A DNA stretch of 62,745 nt, from assembly GCA_035494275.1 (NCBI GenBank), contig DATJHD010000334.1, forward strand, positions 1-62,745. The letters run 5' to 3'. Below are positions 20,013-29,423 of the stretch, one piece after another. A program made the position numbers and the translations under genes. The notes below the pieces were generated by a model. It searched no databases. It worked only from the letters and a program-made list of their open reading frames with translations, and was not told the DNA's origin. This DNA is from Croceibacterium sp. Lineage in GTDB: Bacteria > Pseudomonadota > Alphaproteobacteria > Sphingomonadales > Sphingomonadaceae. Positions within the stretch are counted from its first letter, which is position 1. Each line of letters opens with the position of its first letter.

Positions 20013-21056
20013 CTAGAAGGCTCGCCCGAGCGAGAGGACGAGGCGATAGCCGTTGTCAGGATGCGAGGCTCGGATGTGCTGCCACAGGGGAACGCTGACG
20101 CCGGCGGCGACGGAAAATTCCGAAGCCGCGTTGTAGCGAACGCCCGGCGTCAGCCACACGACCGTGCCGCCGCTTTCCTGCTCGAGCGCGCCGGCGATCG
20201 TCTGGCGACCTTCCCATTCGACGCTCGTGCTCGCGAAGACTTCCCACGAGGCGTGGTGGTGGTGCTCCGGATGGTCATGCGTCGCTTCGGCCTCCTCGTG
20301 GTGATGCTCGGGCGGGCCGAAGCGGTGTGACAGGGCGAGGCCCGCCTGGAGGCGGTTGCCGAGCTCGGTCATCTGCGCGCCCTTGCCCGAGAACTGGTAG
20401 AGCAGGCTGGCGTCGAGCGTCGCCCAGCCGAGGCGGGCGCCGAACGCCGCGCCGAGGATCGGGTCCCAGCTGCCGGTTCCGGGCTGGTGCTCGGTCTCGA
20501 GCCGCTCGCCCGTCGGACCAAGCGCATGCGTGCCGCCGGTCGGCAGCTTGAGGCCGGCGATCAGCGCGAGGCCGCCGCCTTCGCCGCTTGTGACGCGGTA
20601 CCTTGCGAGCACGCTCGCGTCGCCGATCCCGTTCACGCTGCCGAGGGACACGACTTCGTTCGTCGTCACGCCGCCGGTGTGCGAGTGCTCGCCTTCGCGC
20701 AAGCGAGCGCGGCGGATGAAGGGAAGTTCGGCGGAGACGGTCAACCGGTCGGTCACGCCATATGCCGCGCCGACGGCCGCGTTGAGGTTATAGTCCGTAT
20801 CGTGAGCATGGATATGCTGGGCAGCGAGGGCTTCGAGCTCGGCGTCCGGGCGGTCCTGCGGCATGGTTACCGAGACGCGCGCGCCGACGGCGAAATGACC
20901 GGCCTCGAGCGTTGCCGGCCCCTGCACGTCGATTCCGCCGCCGCTGCCGCCGACGCCGGTCGGCCCGGTGTGGTCCGCGAGCGCGGGGGCGGCGAGGCAA
21001 AGGATGAGCGAGGGTGCGCCCCTGCGCGCCAGCGCCGCCGTGAGAGAGCATATCAT
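20013..21056 (-). CDS. His-rich outer-membrane beta-barrel protein, probable metal transporter
   Basis: Signal peptide, GIGD...LKLPTG...QPGTGSWD pattern, His tracts (HIHAH, HSH, HHHEEAEATHDHPEHHHH), terminal Phe. Confidence 0.7.
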   Translation of the reverse strand: MICSLTAALARRGAPSLILCLAAPALADHTGPTGVGGSGGGIDVQGPATLEAGHFAVGARVSVTMPQDRPDAELEALAAQHIHAHDTDYNLNAAVGAAYGVTDRLTVSAELPFIRRARLREGEHSHTGGVTTNEVVSLGSVNGIGDASVLARYRVTSGEGGGLALIAGLKLPTGGTHALGPTGERLETEHQPGTGSWDPILGAAFGARLGWATLDASLLYQFSGKGAQMTELGNRLQAGLALSHRFGPPEHHHEEAEATHDHPEHHHHASWEVFASTSVEWEGRQTIAGALEQESGGTVVWLTPGVRYNAASEFSVAAGVSVPLWQHIRASHPDNGYRLVLSLGRAF

Positions 21057-21117
21057 GTTTCTTCCAATTCCCGATTGGCCCGCGCGCGGCGGGCGTGCCT
21101 TGACGGTGGTGGCGGGT

Positions 21118-21549
21118 TCAGGCGGGAAGCGGGGGGCCTCGCGAGGGCGGCCGGTCGCGGTTCGCGCGACGCGAGACGGCATGCAGGAGACGCGCGAGCG
21201 GCGCCAGCGCAGCGAGCGGCACGAGAAGCGCGACCAGCGCGATAATGGTTTCGGTTCCCGCGAGAGAGGCGGCCTCGGCATAAGGGCAGGTCTGGTGGAA
21301 GCCCTTGCCCGCGTCATGCTCGCGGCCGTGCGGCATTGCCATGCCGGGCATGTCCATCCCCGGCATGTCCGGCATCGCCGTCGCCAGCGGCGCACCCTCC
21401 GCTTGCGGGCATTCGACGATCGCCAGCGAGCCACCCGCGAACGAGGGCATGAAGCCGACGGGCGTCAGCAACCTTACGCCGAGGCACAGCGCGAGCACCA
21501 CGGCTAGGAGCAGGCGCGGGAACGGCGCAACGCGGCGAAAGCGTTTCAT
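21118..21549 (-). CDS. DUF2946 (CruR-like) protein
   Basis: N-terminal TM, PVGFMP, IVECP, Met-rich MPDMPGMDMPGMAM, TCPY, C-terminal RPPSRGPP. Confidence 0.75.
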   Translation of the reverse strand: MKRFRRVAPFPRLLLAVVLALCLGVRLLTPVGFMPSFAGGSLAIVECPQAEGAPLATAMPDMPGMDMPGMAMPHGREHDAGKGFHQTCPYAEAASLAGTETIIALVALLVPLAALAPLARLLHAVSRRANRDRPPSRGPPLPA

Positions 21550-21705
21550 GGGCCGCACGTAGCGGCGGCCACGCGCCGTGTCACCCGCGAGCGGTGAGGT
21601 CGCGTATCCGTGCTGGCGACGAGGTGCGGTTGAAGGGAGACGAGGAGCGGCTGGGCGGCCCCTCGCGGCTGCCCGCCGGGCTTGCCGGCGGACAGCCGCT
21701 GCCGG

Positions 21706-21945
21706 TCAGGGGCTGACCGGATGCGGGAAGTGCGGGTTATGCGGCTTGAACCACCCAAAGTGCCGGCCGATGAACCAGCCGCTGTGCCGACCGGGCGAGC
21801 TGAACCCCGGCGGGGTGAAGAGCATCGTCGAGAAGGCGCCATGCATCAAATGGCTGAGGGGGCTTTGAGACGGCCCCTTCGTGGCAAGAGCCGGCGTCGC
21901 CGTCAGCAGCGCCGCGAGGCCGGCCGTCAGGACAATTTTTCTCAT
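21706..21945 (-). CDS. Small secreted His/Pro/aromatic-rich protein ending HPVSP
   Basis: Sec signal ending PALA; AAAGGG upstream; C-terminus shared with 28360..28572. Confidence 0.65.
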   Translation of the reverse strand: MRKIVLTAGLAALLTATPALATKGPSQSPLSHLMHGAFSTMLFTPPGFSSPGRHSGWFIGRHFGWFKPHNPHFPHPVSP

Positions 21946-22204
21946 GGAGGACCCTTTCGCGTTGTGGGGCCTCCCTATCTAGGCGGCGCAGGCGCGCATG
22001 CGCCGATCTTGCGCTGCGTCGAAGGCCATTTCCGATGAGCAGTGGGCGCCGGATTCGCCGGGCGGACGGGCCGTTCCCGGCGCGGGACGAGCCACGCCGG
22101 CGCCCCGGAGCGATCTCGTCGACTCGCAACTTTCGCGTCGAAATCTTGGCGAACGCGGCGGACCGCGTCAGCGGTGCTCGTCGTCATCCTCGCTAGCCGA
22201 CTGA

Positions 22205-22897
22205 TCAGAACTGGCGATCTCGGACCTTCGGGCCGATCGAGGCCTCGTAGCTCACCGGCGTATCGAACGGCAGGGTCTGGCGCCATTCCGCTCCCGGGTA
22301 GAGGCGCTTTGCCGGAAGATCCCGGCAATCCTTGCCGGCCGCGTCGCACTGGCGGCCCTGGAACAGCTCCTGCGCGGTGTTGCTGGCGTTGGTCAATGTA
22401 AGGGTCCGGCCCTCGCGCTTGCCGACGACGTCGCCGGTGAACTGCGCCGGACGCACGAGCACCAGGGCCTGGTAGCCGACGAGGACCTTCAGCGCGCTGA
22501 CGTTCGCCGTGACCGGGCCGGCCACGGGCCTGATCGAGACCCGGTAGACGCGGTCTGATGCCGGGCGCCCCCCGATCGCGGCGAGGCGGATGATGCGCCG
22601 CTCGCCCGGCGCGAGGACCAGCCTCGCCGGGGCGACGAGAATCCCCGACCGGGAGGGATCGCTTGCCGGGACCCACTGCTCGCCGGGGGTGCCGGCCTTG
22701 AGCACCTCGAACGGGTCGGCGGCGACGTACATCCGGTCGGGACCGTCGTTGAACACCTCGATATCGCCGCGCAGCGGCTTGTCGGGCTGCATGTCGACGA
22801 TCACCTGGCTCAGGACCATGTCGGCCCGGGCCCCGCCGGCGAGCCCGCCGAGGGCGGCGAGAGCCGCGGCCGCGCGGGCAAGAATTCTCCACTTCAT
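22205..22897 (-). CDS. Fimbrial periplasmic chaperone (PapD/EcpB-like)
   Basis: Signal peptide, VAPARLVLAPGERRIIR, DRVYRV, LVGYQALVLVRP, N-x-SNT; overlaps usher stop. Confidence 0.85.
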   Translation of the reverse strand: MKWRILARAAAALAALGGLAGGARADMVLSQVIVDMQPDKPLRGDIEVFNDGPDRMYVAADPFEVLKAGTPGEQWVPASDPSRSGILVAPARLVLAPGERRIIRLAAIGGRPASDRVYRVSIRPVAGPVTANVSALKVLVGYQALVLVRPAQFTGDVVGKREGRTLTLTNASNTAQELFQGRQCDAAGKDCRDLPAKRLYPGAEWRQTLPFDTPVSYEASIGPKVRDRQF

Positions 22898-25473
22898 CGG
22901 TTGCGTCCCCTATCGGATGGCTGGTTCGGCCGCGGCGCGGCCAGGGCAAGCTCGGCCGCGCCGGAGCAGGCGACGTCGCCGAGACGGGCGATGCCGTCCG
23001 TCGGCTGGCCTTTGGGCAAGGTGGTGACGAACGAGCGTCCGTCGGCGAGCATCACGGTGAGCCGGGCGTCGTCGGCCACCTCGATCTGGAACCGGCCGTC
23101 CGCGTCGGTCTCGCTCCACACCCCCTGGCCGGTGATCGACGCATGGGCGAGAGCGGCACCGTCCGGCGCCACGAGGCGTCCGAACTTCAGGATCACCGGG
23201 GCGACCTTCCAGTCGAGCCGGGTCATCGCCCCGGGAAACAGCCCGATCCTGCGCGGCGAGCTGTCGTAGGCGAGGAGGTCCTTGCCGGTCGGCCGGATGC
23301 GCAGGTCGTAGGCGCGATAGGCCGGCAGGGCGAGCGCGAGGGGGCGATCGCCGACGATCGTGCCGGCGACCTGCTCGTTGACAAGAAGCTCGAACGTGTC
23401 GGCAGCGCGCGCGCCGTCGACGGCGGCGACGATCATGCTCGCGGTCGTGGTCTTGCCGGCGACCCTGAAGCCGCCGCTCCCGGCGGCGAAGGTCGTCTGC
23501 AGGCCGAGGCTGTACTGCGACACGCTGGGACCCGTGCCGTCGCTGCGGGTGAAGTCGCCGGCGAGCGAGCCGAGCGGGTGGTCGAACTGGGTTGACAGCA
23601 CCAGATCATCCTGCCGCGGCTGGTGCTCGTACCCGGCTCCGAGCGCCAGCTGCCCGCCCGCGGCGCGCGCGCTCCAGGTTCCGGCGAGCGAGCCGACCGC
23701 GCCGTCGCCGAGGTCGTCGCTGGGAATCGTCGAGCGCCGCGCCCCGCCGAGCGCCGTCAGCGACGAGTGCGGGCCGAGCAGCCGCAACGATATCCCGGCG
23801 AACTCCGAGGTGCCGCTTTGTGTCGCCGCCATGTCGCCCCGCAGGGTGAGGGTAAACGGCCCCCGGCGCAAGAAGTCCCATTCAAGCGAGGGCCCGATGC
23901 TGTAGCTCGCCTTCTCGGCCGCCTCGTCGCGGTACGACATCACGCCGAGGAAACGGATCGTGCCGAGGCTGTACGAAACGACGGCGGAGGCCTGCGAATA
24001 GCTCCTGGCGGAGCGGGCGAAATCCGGCCCGGAGAGCACGTCCAGCGGGTCGGCGGGCAGCGGAGCGGCGACGGGCGGCACATCGAGGGCGGCGCTGCTG
24101 CCGCCCCCGATGTGCCGCAGGTCTAGGTTGACGTTGAGCCGCGAAGCGCCGTTCGACGAGACCTGGAGGATGCCGCCGTAGCGTCCGTTGAGGTCGGCGA
24201 CCGCCGCCGCGCGCACGTTCGCGAAACGGGTCAAGAGCGTGGCGGCAAGCTCCGCGGAAGCCCCGCGGTCGCTCGCCTGGATCGCACCCTCGAGAGCCCA
24301 GCTTTCGCTGAGCCGCCGCGCCGCCCCGGCGGCGGCAAAGGGGTGCCGGGAAGGCGTGAGCGAGCCCGGGTCGGGGCTCGCCACCAATACGCCTGCGTAG
24401 AGCGAGAAATCGGTGCGGCCGCGCGAGGGAATGCGCCGGCTCTTGGTGAAGAAGCGCCGTTCCTCGCGCAGCGGCCGGCCGGGCTCCTGGATGCGCAGGA
24501 CGATGGCGTACGAGCCCTCGGGCAGGTTCGAAGTGTCGATTTCCTGGTTGCCGGCCTCGTAGATCGCCGAGCCGAGGACGCGCCCGTCACGCACCACGTC
24601 GACGCGCGAGCGCTGGTCGAGGTGGACCACCATCGGGCTGCCAAGGATCTCGTCCTTGTCGAGGCGCGTGTCGACCTGGCTTTCGAGACCAAGGCCGAGC
24701 AGCTTGCGCCGGCCGGTGAGATCGTCGCCGGGGGCCCACAGCGCCCCGGCCGAGTAACGCAATTCGGGCCGGTCGAGCTCGAGCGCGAGCCGCTCGGCGG
24801 ACAGGCCGTAACCCTTGGCGTAGGAAAGCTCGGCGCGCAGGCGCCGCGGGCCGTCCGCCAGCACCAGCTGATCCTGCAGGTTGTAATAGGCCTCGCCCCG
24901 TCCGCTGCTGCCCGACAGGACCGCGCCGACGGAATCGATCAGCGACAGTCCGCGCGCCGGCGGCGGGAGGTAGCGCTGCTCGATGGCGTCGTGGACGGCA
25001 AGGAAGCGCGGGTTGAGGAACACGTCGAGCCGCAGCGTGTCGCGGTCGAGGATGACGCCCGCGACGTCCGGCGAGAGGCGGCCGCACGTCGCCCGGTCCG
25101 CCGCCGGCGAGCAGGCGAGCTCGGCGTGGGGCGGCAGGTCGGGCGCGGCCAGCGCCGCCCTCACCGCCGCGTCGTCGGTGAGCGGCGGCAGCAGGACGAC
25201 GAGCGCCGCCGGGTCCTCGATGGCGACGGCATCGGGCGTGGCAACGATCCTTGCCTCGCCGCGGCGGGTGCCGCCGAAATAGACGTCGACCAGCAGCGTC
25301 TGCCGGGCCGTGAGCGCGTCGAACCCGGCGGGCGCGCCGACGGTGATCGCCGGCCCGCCCTGCGCCAGCGCGGGCAGCGGCAGCGCGAGCGCCGCGACGG
25401 CCGTGCAACATCGCGCGCACCGGCGCAGGCGCGCGACCCTGCCGCCGCGGACCGAGGCGGCGCCCTTCGTCAT
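22894..25473 (-). CDS. Fimbrial usher (TcfC/EcpC-like, alternate chaperone-usher)
   Basis: 859 aa; PAGF..L...VDVYFGG, GNQEIDTSNLPEGSY, C-terminal TDADGRFQ. Confidence 0.8.
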   Translation of the reverse strand: MTKGAASVRGGRVARLRRCARCCTAVAALALPLPALAQGGPAITVGAPAGFDALTARQTLLVDVYFGGTRRGEARIVATPDAVAIEDPAALVVLLPPLTDDAAVRAALAAPDLPPHAELACSPAADRATCGRLSPDVAGVILDRDTLRLDVFLNPRFLAVHDAIEQRYLPPPARGLSLIDSVGAVLSGSSGRGEAYYNLQDQLVLADGPRRLRAELSYAKGYGLSAERLALELDRPELRYSAGALWAPGDDLTGRRKLLGLGLESQVDTRLDKDEILGSPMVVHLDQRSRVDVVRDGRVLGSAIYEAGNQEIDTSNLPEGSYAIVLRIQEPGRPLREERRFFTKSRRIPSRGRTDFSLYAGVLVASPDPGSLTPSRHPFAAAGAARRLSESWALEGAIQASDRGASAELAATLLTRFANVRAAAVADLNGRYGGILQVSSNGASRLNVNLDLRHIGGGSSAALDVPPVAAPLPADPLDVLSGPDFARSARSYSQASAVVSYSLGTIRFLGVMSYRDEAAEKASYSIGPSLEWDFLRRGPFTLTLRGDMAATQSGTSEFAGISLRLLGPHSSLTALGGARRSTIPSDDLGDGAVGSLAGTWSARAAGGQLALGAGYEHQPRQDDLVLSTQFDHPLGSLAGDFTRSDGTGPSVSQYSLGLQTTFAAGSGGFRVAGKTTTASMIVAAVDGARAADTFELLVNEQVAGTIVGDRPLALALPAYRAYDLRIRPTGKDLLAYDSSPRRIGLFPGAMTRLDWKVAPVILKFGRLVAPDGAALAHASITGQGVWSETDADGRFQIEVADDARLTVMLADGRSFVTTLPKGQPTDGIARLGDVACSGAAELALAAPRPNQPSDRGRNR

Positions 25474-25964
25474 TCGGGAGCGATCGTCACCTGCAGCGTG
25501 CCCGTGTAGTCGCCCGCGGTCGCCCTCGTGAGGGCGGCGGAGCGGATGACCACCGTGAGGCTCGCCGAGGCGGGAGGACCGCTGTTGCAGGTCTGCTGCG
25601 CCGCGGCCGAGGCAAACCCCGGTGCCGCCGCGCCGGCGACGAGCTGGGTGCCACCGGTCTGGTCAGGCGAATCCGCCCAGAGAACGTCGTACGGCAGCTG
25701 CGCGGCGCCGGACGAGAGCGCGAAGGTCCCACCGGTGCCGCTGCCGGTGGCCGTCACCGAGTAGCGGCCGGTGCCGCTCGAGTTGAACACGCACAGGTTC
25801 TGGCTGGCCGACCGGTCGCCCGTGCCGACGACGAGGCCGAAGGCGACATCGCCAAGGCCGGTAATGCGCGCCTTGTTCGAGGCCGCCTGCGCGGACGAGA
25901 CCGGCACCCCCGCGGCGAGCGAGCCCATGAGCAGGGTCCCTATAAGGAAGTTCCCCGATTTCAT
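25470..25964 (-). CDS. Pilin-like subunit 2
   Basis: Signal peptide, two Cys, ARITGL-DV-F, C-terminal AGDYTGTLQVTIAPE strand. Confidence 0.8.
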   Translation of the reverse strand: MKSGNFLIGTLLMGSLAAGVPVSSAQAASNKARITGLGDVAFGLVVGTGDRSASQNLCVFNSSGTGRYSVTATGSGTGGTFALSSGAAQLPYDVLWADSPDQTGGTQLVAGAAAPGFASAAAQQTCNSGPPASASLTVVIRSAALTRATAGDYTGTLQVTIAPE

Positions 25965-26014
25965 GGTTAACGGTATGCTTAGACGTGGTTAAGAACCGGT
26001 TACCTGGAACCAAG

Positions 26015-26049
26015 AAAAAGCCCGCCCCGGACAAGCGCCGGGACGGGCT
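26015..26049 (-). terminator. Intrinsic terminator after the major pilin gene
   Basis: Minus strand GCCCGTCCCGG/CCGGGGCGGGC stem followed by TTTTTCTT. Confidence 0.75.
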
Positions 26050-26070
26050 GCGTGACCGCGCGAAAGCGGG

Positions 26071-26643
26071 TTATTGCGGCGTGACGAGCAGCGTCAGCGT
26101 GCCGGTGTAGTTGCTGCCGGCACTCATCGTGCCGAGATCGGCCGGGACCATCTTGACGATGAGACTGGCCGAAGCGGCGGGTGCGCTCGAGCAGGTCGGA
26201 TCGACCGCGGTCGAGGTGAGCGAAGCCGAGGCCGTCCCCGCGGCAAGCGCGGTGCCCGAGGTCTGGCCGCTCGAGCCGGCCCATTCGACGGAATAGGGCA
26301 CGGTGCCCGAACCGTTCGACAAGGTGAAGATGTTGCCGCTGCCGCTGCCCGTGGCGGTGATGGTGTAGCCCTTGGTCGCGGTGTTGCTCCACACGCACAC
26401 GTTCTCGGCGCTCGACGCCGGGGTCGCGGGGTCCTGGTTAAGGAACGAGACGTCGGTCAGCCCGGTAATGCGGGCGCGGTTGGGCACCGACGCGGTGATA
26501 GCGATGCTGCCGGTGGAGGTGGCGCCGAGCGAGCCCTGGGACGCGGCGAGCGCCGGAGAGCAGGCAAAGCCGCCGGCAGCGGCGACGGCGGCGAGGAGCA
26601 GGCGGGCTCCGTCCGACCAATTATGCAAAGAACGCTTCGTCAT
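26071..26643 (-). CDS. Probable major pilin subunit
   Basis: Signal peptide ending PALA, QGSLGATSTGSI N-terminal extension, two Cys in mature part, C-terminal YTGTLTLLVTPQ; first gene of operon with its own terminator. Confidence 0.82.
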   Translation of the reverse strand: MTKRSLHNWSDGARLLLAAVAAAGGFACSPALAASQGSLGATSTGSIAITASVPNRARITGLTDVSFLNQDPATPASSAENVCVWSNTATKGYTITATGSGSGNIFTLSNGSGTVPYSVEWAGSSGQTSGTALAAGTASASLTSTAVDPTCSSAPAASASLIVKMVPADLGTMSAGSNYTGTLTLLVTPQ

Positions 26644-27041
26644 GGTGTCGATCCCCAAGTCCAAGTGTCTCAGTACAAACTCTTATCGGGGTTAATACGG
26701 TACGAGGGGTTAACAAATCATTCGGCATGTTTGCAGGCGGCCGCCGTTTTGGGGCGGGAGAGTTGGGACGTACGGCTGCCCGCGCGCCGCTCGCCGGTCG
26801 GCGGGCAACGGACCGCCCCGAGAGCACGCAATGCGCCGAGCCCTGGGGCGATTCGCCGAAAGCCATGCGCCCCGTGGGGGAAAAGTCGGGGAGTTTACGG
26901 CTGTCCGGTTCCAGAACAGCACACAAACCTGGGCCTGCTTAGCCGTTATCCAGAGTATAAAGGGGATTCCACGCACGAAAGATTGGTCCTTTTTGGACCG
27001 AATGTGTTACGCCCTTAGTTAACGGCCTCTGGCGGGGACAG

Positions 27042-27524
27042 TTGGTGGAAGACGTAGAACCGTTGGAGCCTGTGATCTGGTTCCATTCAATCAGGAAAAT
27101 GCTCGAACGCGGCGATGCGGTTTCGGCGGATGCGCTCGAAATGCTGCTGCGGCACGGCTTCCATCTCCTGCAGCTTACGCCCCGGCCGCTCCGGGAAACG
27201 ATTGGTGCGGAGGTCAGCGAAGCGGAGTTCGAGCGCCTGCTGGCGGCGAAAGCGTTCGAGTCCGCGGCCGAGCGGCTCGTCTCTCCCCCGCTCGCCTATG
27301 CCTTGCGACGACCGCGGGTGGGCCTCTACGAGGCGGAGGTCCGCCTGCCCGGCGAGACCGGAGCGACCCTCGCGCAGGGCCCCTCTTTTGCCCTCGCCCT
27401 GTTGCGGGCCTGGGGAACGTGCCTGCTCGCGCTAGAGGAACGGGCCGCTACTCTGGCGAGCGCTCGTCCTCGAGACCGGCATACAAGGCGAGGCGAACGG
27501 CATCTGCGACTGATCGAGCATTGA
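27042..27524 (+). CDS. Hypothetical protein
   Basis: Protein-like composition; convergent overlap with the response regulator; start uncertain. Confidence 0.55.
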   Translation: MVEDVEPLEPVIWFHSIRKMLERGDAVSADALEMLLRHGFHLLQLTPRPLRETIGAEVSEAEFERLLAAKAFESAAERLVSPPLAYALRRPRVGLYEAEVRLPGETGATLAQGPSFALALLRAWGTCLLALEERAATLASARPRDRHTRRGERHLRLIEH

Positions 27525-28065
27525 GCTTGCGCATCATGTTGGAGCGGTGGATCTCGACGGTCCTGGGACTGATCTCGAGCGCCATCGCAATACCCTTGTT
27601 GGATTTTCCCGCGACCAGCTGAAGCAGAACCTCCTTTTCCCGGCGGCTCAGAACCGCGGTCCTTGCGCAGGCGTCGGCGCGGCGCTGGCTTGCCTGCGAT
27701 CGTTGCTCGCTTTCGGAGACCACCCGGTCGAAGGTGACCTCGAGGGCGCCGGGCTCGAACGGCCAGGCGAGGTAGTCGAGCGCCCCGGCCAGCATCGCGG
27801 CAACGATGCGCTCCGCCTTCGGTTCGCTCGCATAGGCGACGATGGGGAGGGTCGTCCCGCTCGCCTGCACCGCCCGCATGGTCCGCGAAGGACCGAACCC
27901 GGACTCGTCGTCGGCGGCGAAAACGAGATCGCCATCGGCTCCGCTTCGGCGAAACTCGTCGACATCCTCGTAGATTTCCGCGTGGAAATGGCGGTCGTGA
28001 AGTTCCCGGGCCACACGAGCCCGCCGCCGGTAATCGGAATCGATCACATGAATTCGGGCGATCAT
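27448..28065 (-). CDS. FixJ/LuxR-family response regulator with atypical receiver
   Basis: LSRREKEVL..GKSNK.IA..LEISPRTVEIHR HTH; receiver has WPF in place of KPF. Confidence 0.88.
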   Translation of the reverse strand: MIARIHVIDSDYRRRARVARELHDRHFHAEIYEDVDEFRRSGADGDLVFAADDESGFGPSRTMRAVQASGTTLPIVAYASEPKAERIVAAMLAGALDYLAWPFEPGALEVTFDRVVSESEQRSQASQRRADACARTAVLSRREKEVLLQLVAGKSNKGIAMALEISPRTVEIHRSNMMRKLNARSVADAVRLALYAGLEDERSPE

Positions 28066-28305
28066 GATTGTCTCCCTGACAAGTATGGTTAGCGCATCGT
28101 TATTACGATGATGCCCTTAGAGACAATGACCTAGTGCCTATGTGGTTCCACCTATTTTTCGATCGATCCCCCTCGTTACTGCCGTTCGGCCAGACGGCAA
28201 GCGGCGAAGCGGGGCGTTTGTGTCGACCGCCGGGCGATCCCCACGACCCTTTTTCCATGTGTCGATCCAATCGCTTGCCTTCGGCGCGCGAGGCTGGATC
28301 TGGAC

Positions 28306-28335
28306 AAAAAAAAGGGCGGCTAGACGCCGCCCTTT
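28306..28335 (-). terminator. Intrinsic terminator
   Basis: AAAGGGCGGC-TAGAC-GCCGCCCTTT, with a T8 run 3' on the minus strand, just after 28360..28572. Confidence 0.85.
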
Positions 28336-28359
28336 CGAACCATCGCATTCGCGGATGAA

Positions 28360-28572
28360 CTACGGGCTCACCGGATGGTGGTGCTTGTCGGTGGCGACGA
28401 TCGCAATCACCCCGGCGACGATCGCGAGGCCGATGACCCAGCCGATCGTCGAGACGCCGGCGACATGCTCACTCGATTTGGCAGGGGTCGCGTGACGCTC
28501 GGCCGCCTGTACCGTAACCGGTGCGGCAGCCATTGAAAGCGCCGCTGCGCCCAAGAGCAATTTACGAATCAT
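28360..28572 (-). CDS. Small secreted/membrane protein ending HHHPVSP
   Basis: GGAGG RBS, Sec signal, hydrophobic segment WVIGLAIVAGVIAIVA, own terminator. Confidence 0.8.
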   Translation of the reverse strand: MIRKLLLGAAALSMAAAPVTVQAAERHATPAKSSEHVAGVSTIGWVIGLAIVAGVIAIVATDKHHHPVSP

Positions 28573-29423
28573 ATGCGGCCTCCGTTGAAAAACCTTGTCA
28601 TGTGGCTGTGGCAAAAAACTCTCGCATTCGCAACAGCTTTCTGGCGCATGGTCGTTACTTTGATGTTAATAACCGTCGGCACCAAGTGCACGCTCCCGAC
28701 GAGAAACTGTACATCGCAGCGTTGAACGTGTCTAGTTTGCCCCGGTTCCCCGCTCGGCGCGAAAACCCTCGGGAAATGGATGGAGAGGGGTGAGCAGCCC
28801 TCGCCGCAAGAGCTGGCTTGGTGGCCGCAGACCCCAAGACGCAGGCCAGCATCGGCCGGGCGGGACGGCGGCAAGGCGCCGGTGTTGTAGGTTGGAAATC
28901 GTCCAGCAAGTGACCGCGCCGCCGATCCGCGGGGCCCACCTCAACGGTGCCAGATACCGCGGCAAGGAAGGCTTTTCAGATAGTGCCTTCGCCCTCGTTG
29001 CCCCATAGGCCTACCCGTCTGCAGATGTCGCCCGGACATACCTCAAGGTGGCTCGGCTGGCAGTCGCGTCGGCATAACTTTCGGCGTGTAGGCGAGGCCT
29101 AAAGAGACATGGGTCATTCGGGGCGCCGGCAGTGGTTTGCTCGGCCCTATGATGCAGATCATCGGCGCAATTGGGAGGATCCGTTCCGGACTGGCCGGCC
29201 CCTACCCGGCATGCCAAGAGAGCGTTTCGCAAGGTCTTGAGGGAAGCCGCCGCAGCCTCAATAGCCGCTGCTCAATCTCAGAGAGAATGTTGTCCTCGGC
29301 GATCTCGCCAGTTCCTGGCTTTTGGCCTATCGCTGGGCAGGAAAGCGATCAACCGGTGTGCCGGCCGACTAACTGTCTAGACCCATTTGCCTGAAGACAC
29401 TTCAAAGCAATTCGGTCAGGAAA

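Noticed and set aside
28620-29420. Lower-GC 800-bp gap as an ncRNA, small gene or island junction
   Set aside because: Short ORFs lack RBS or motifs; no clear structure or direct repeat found
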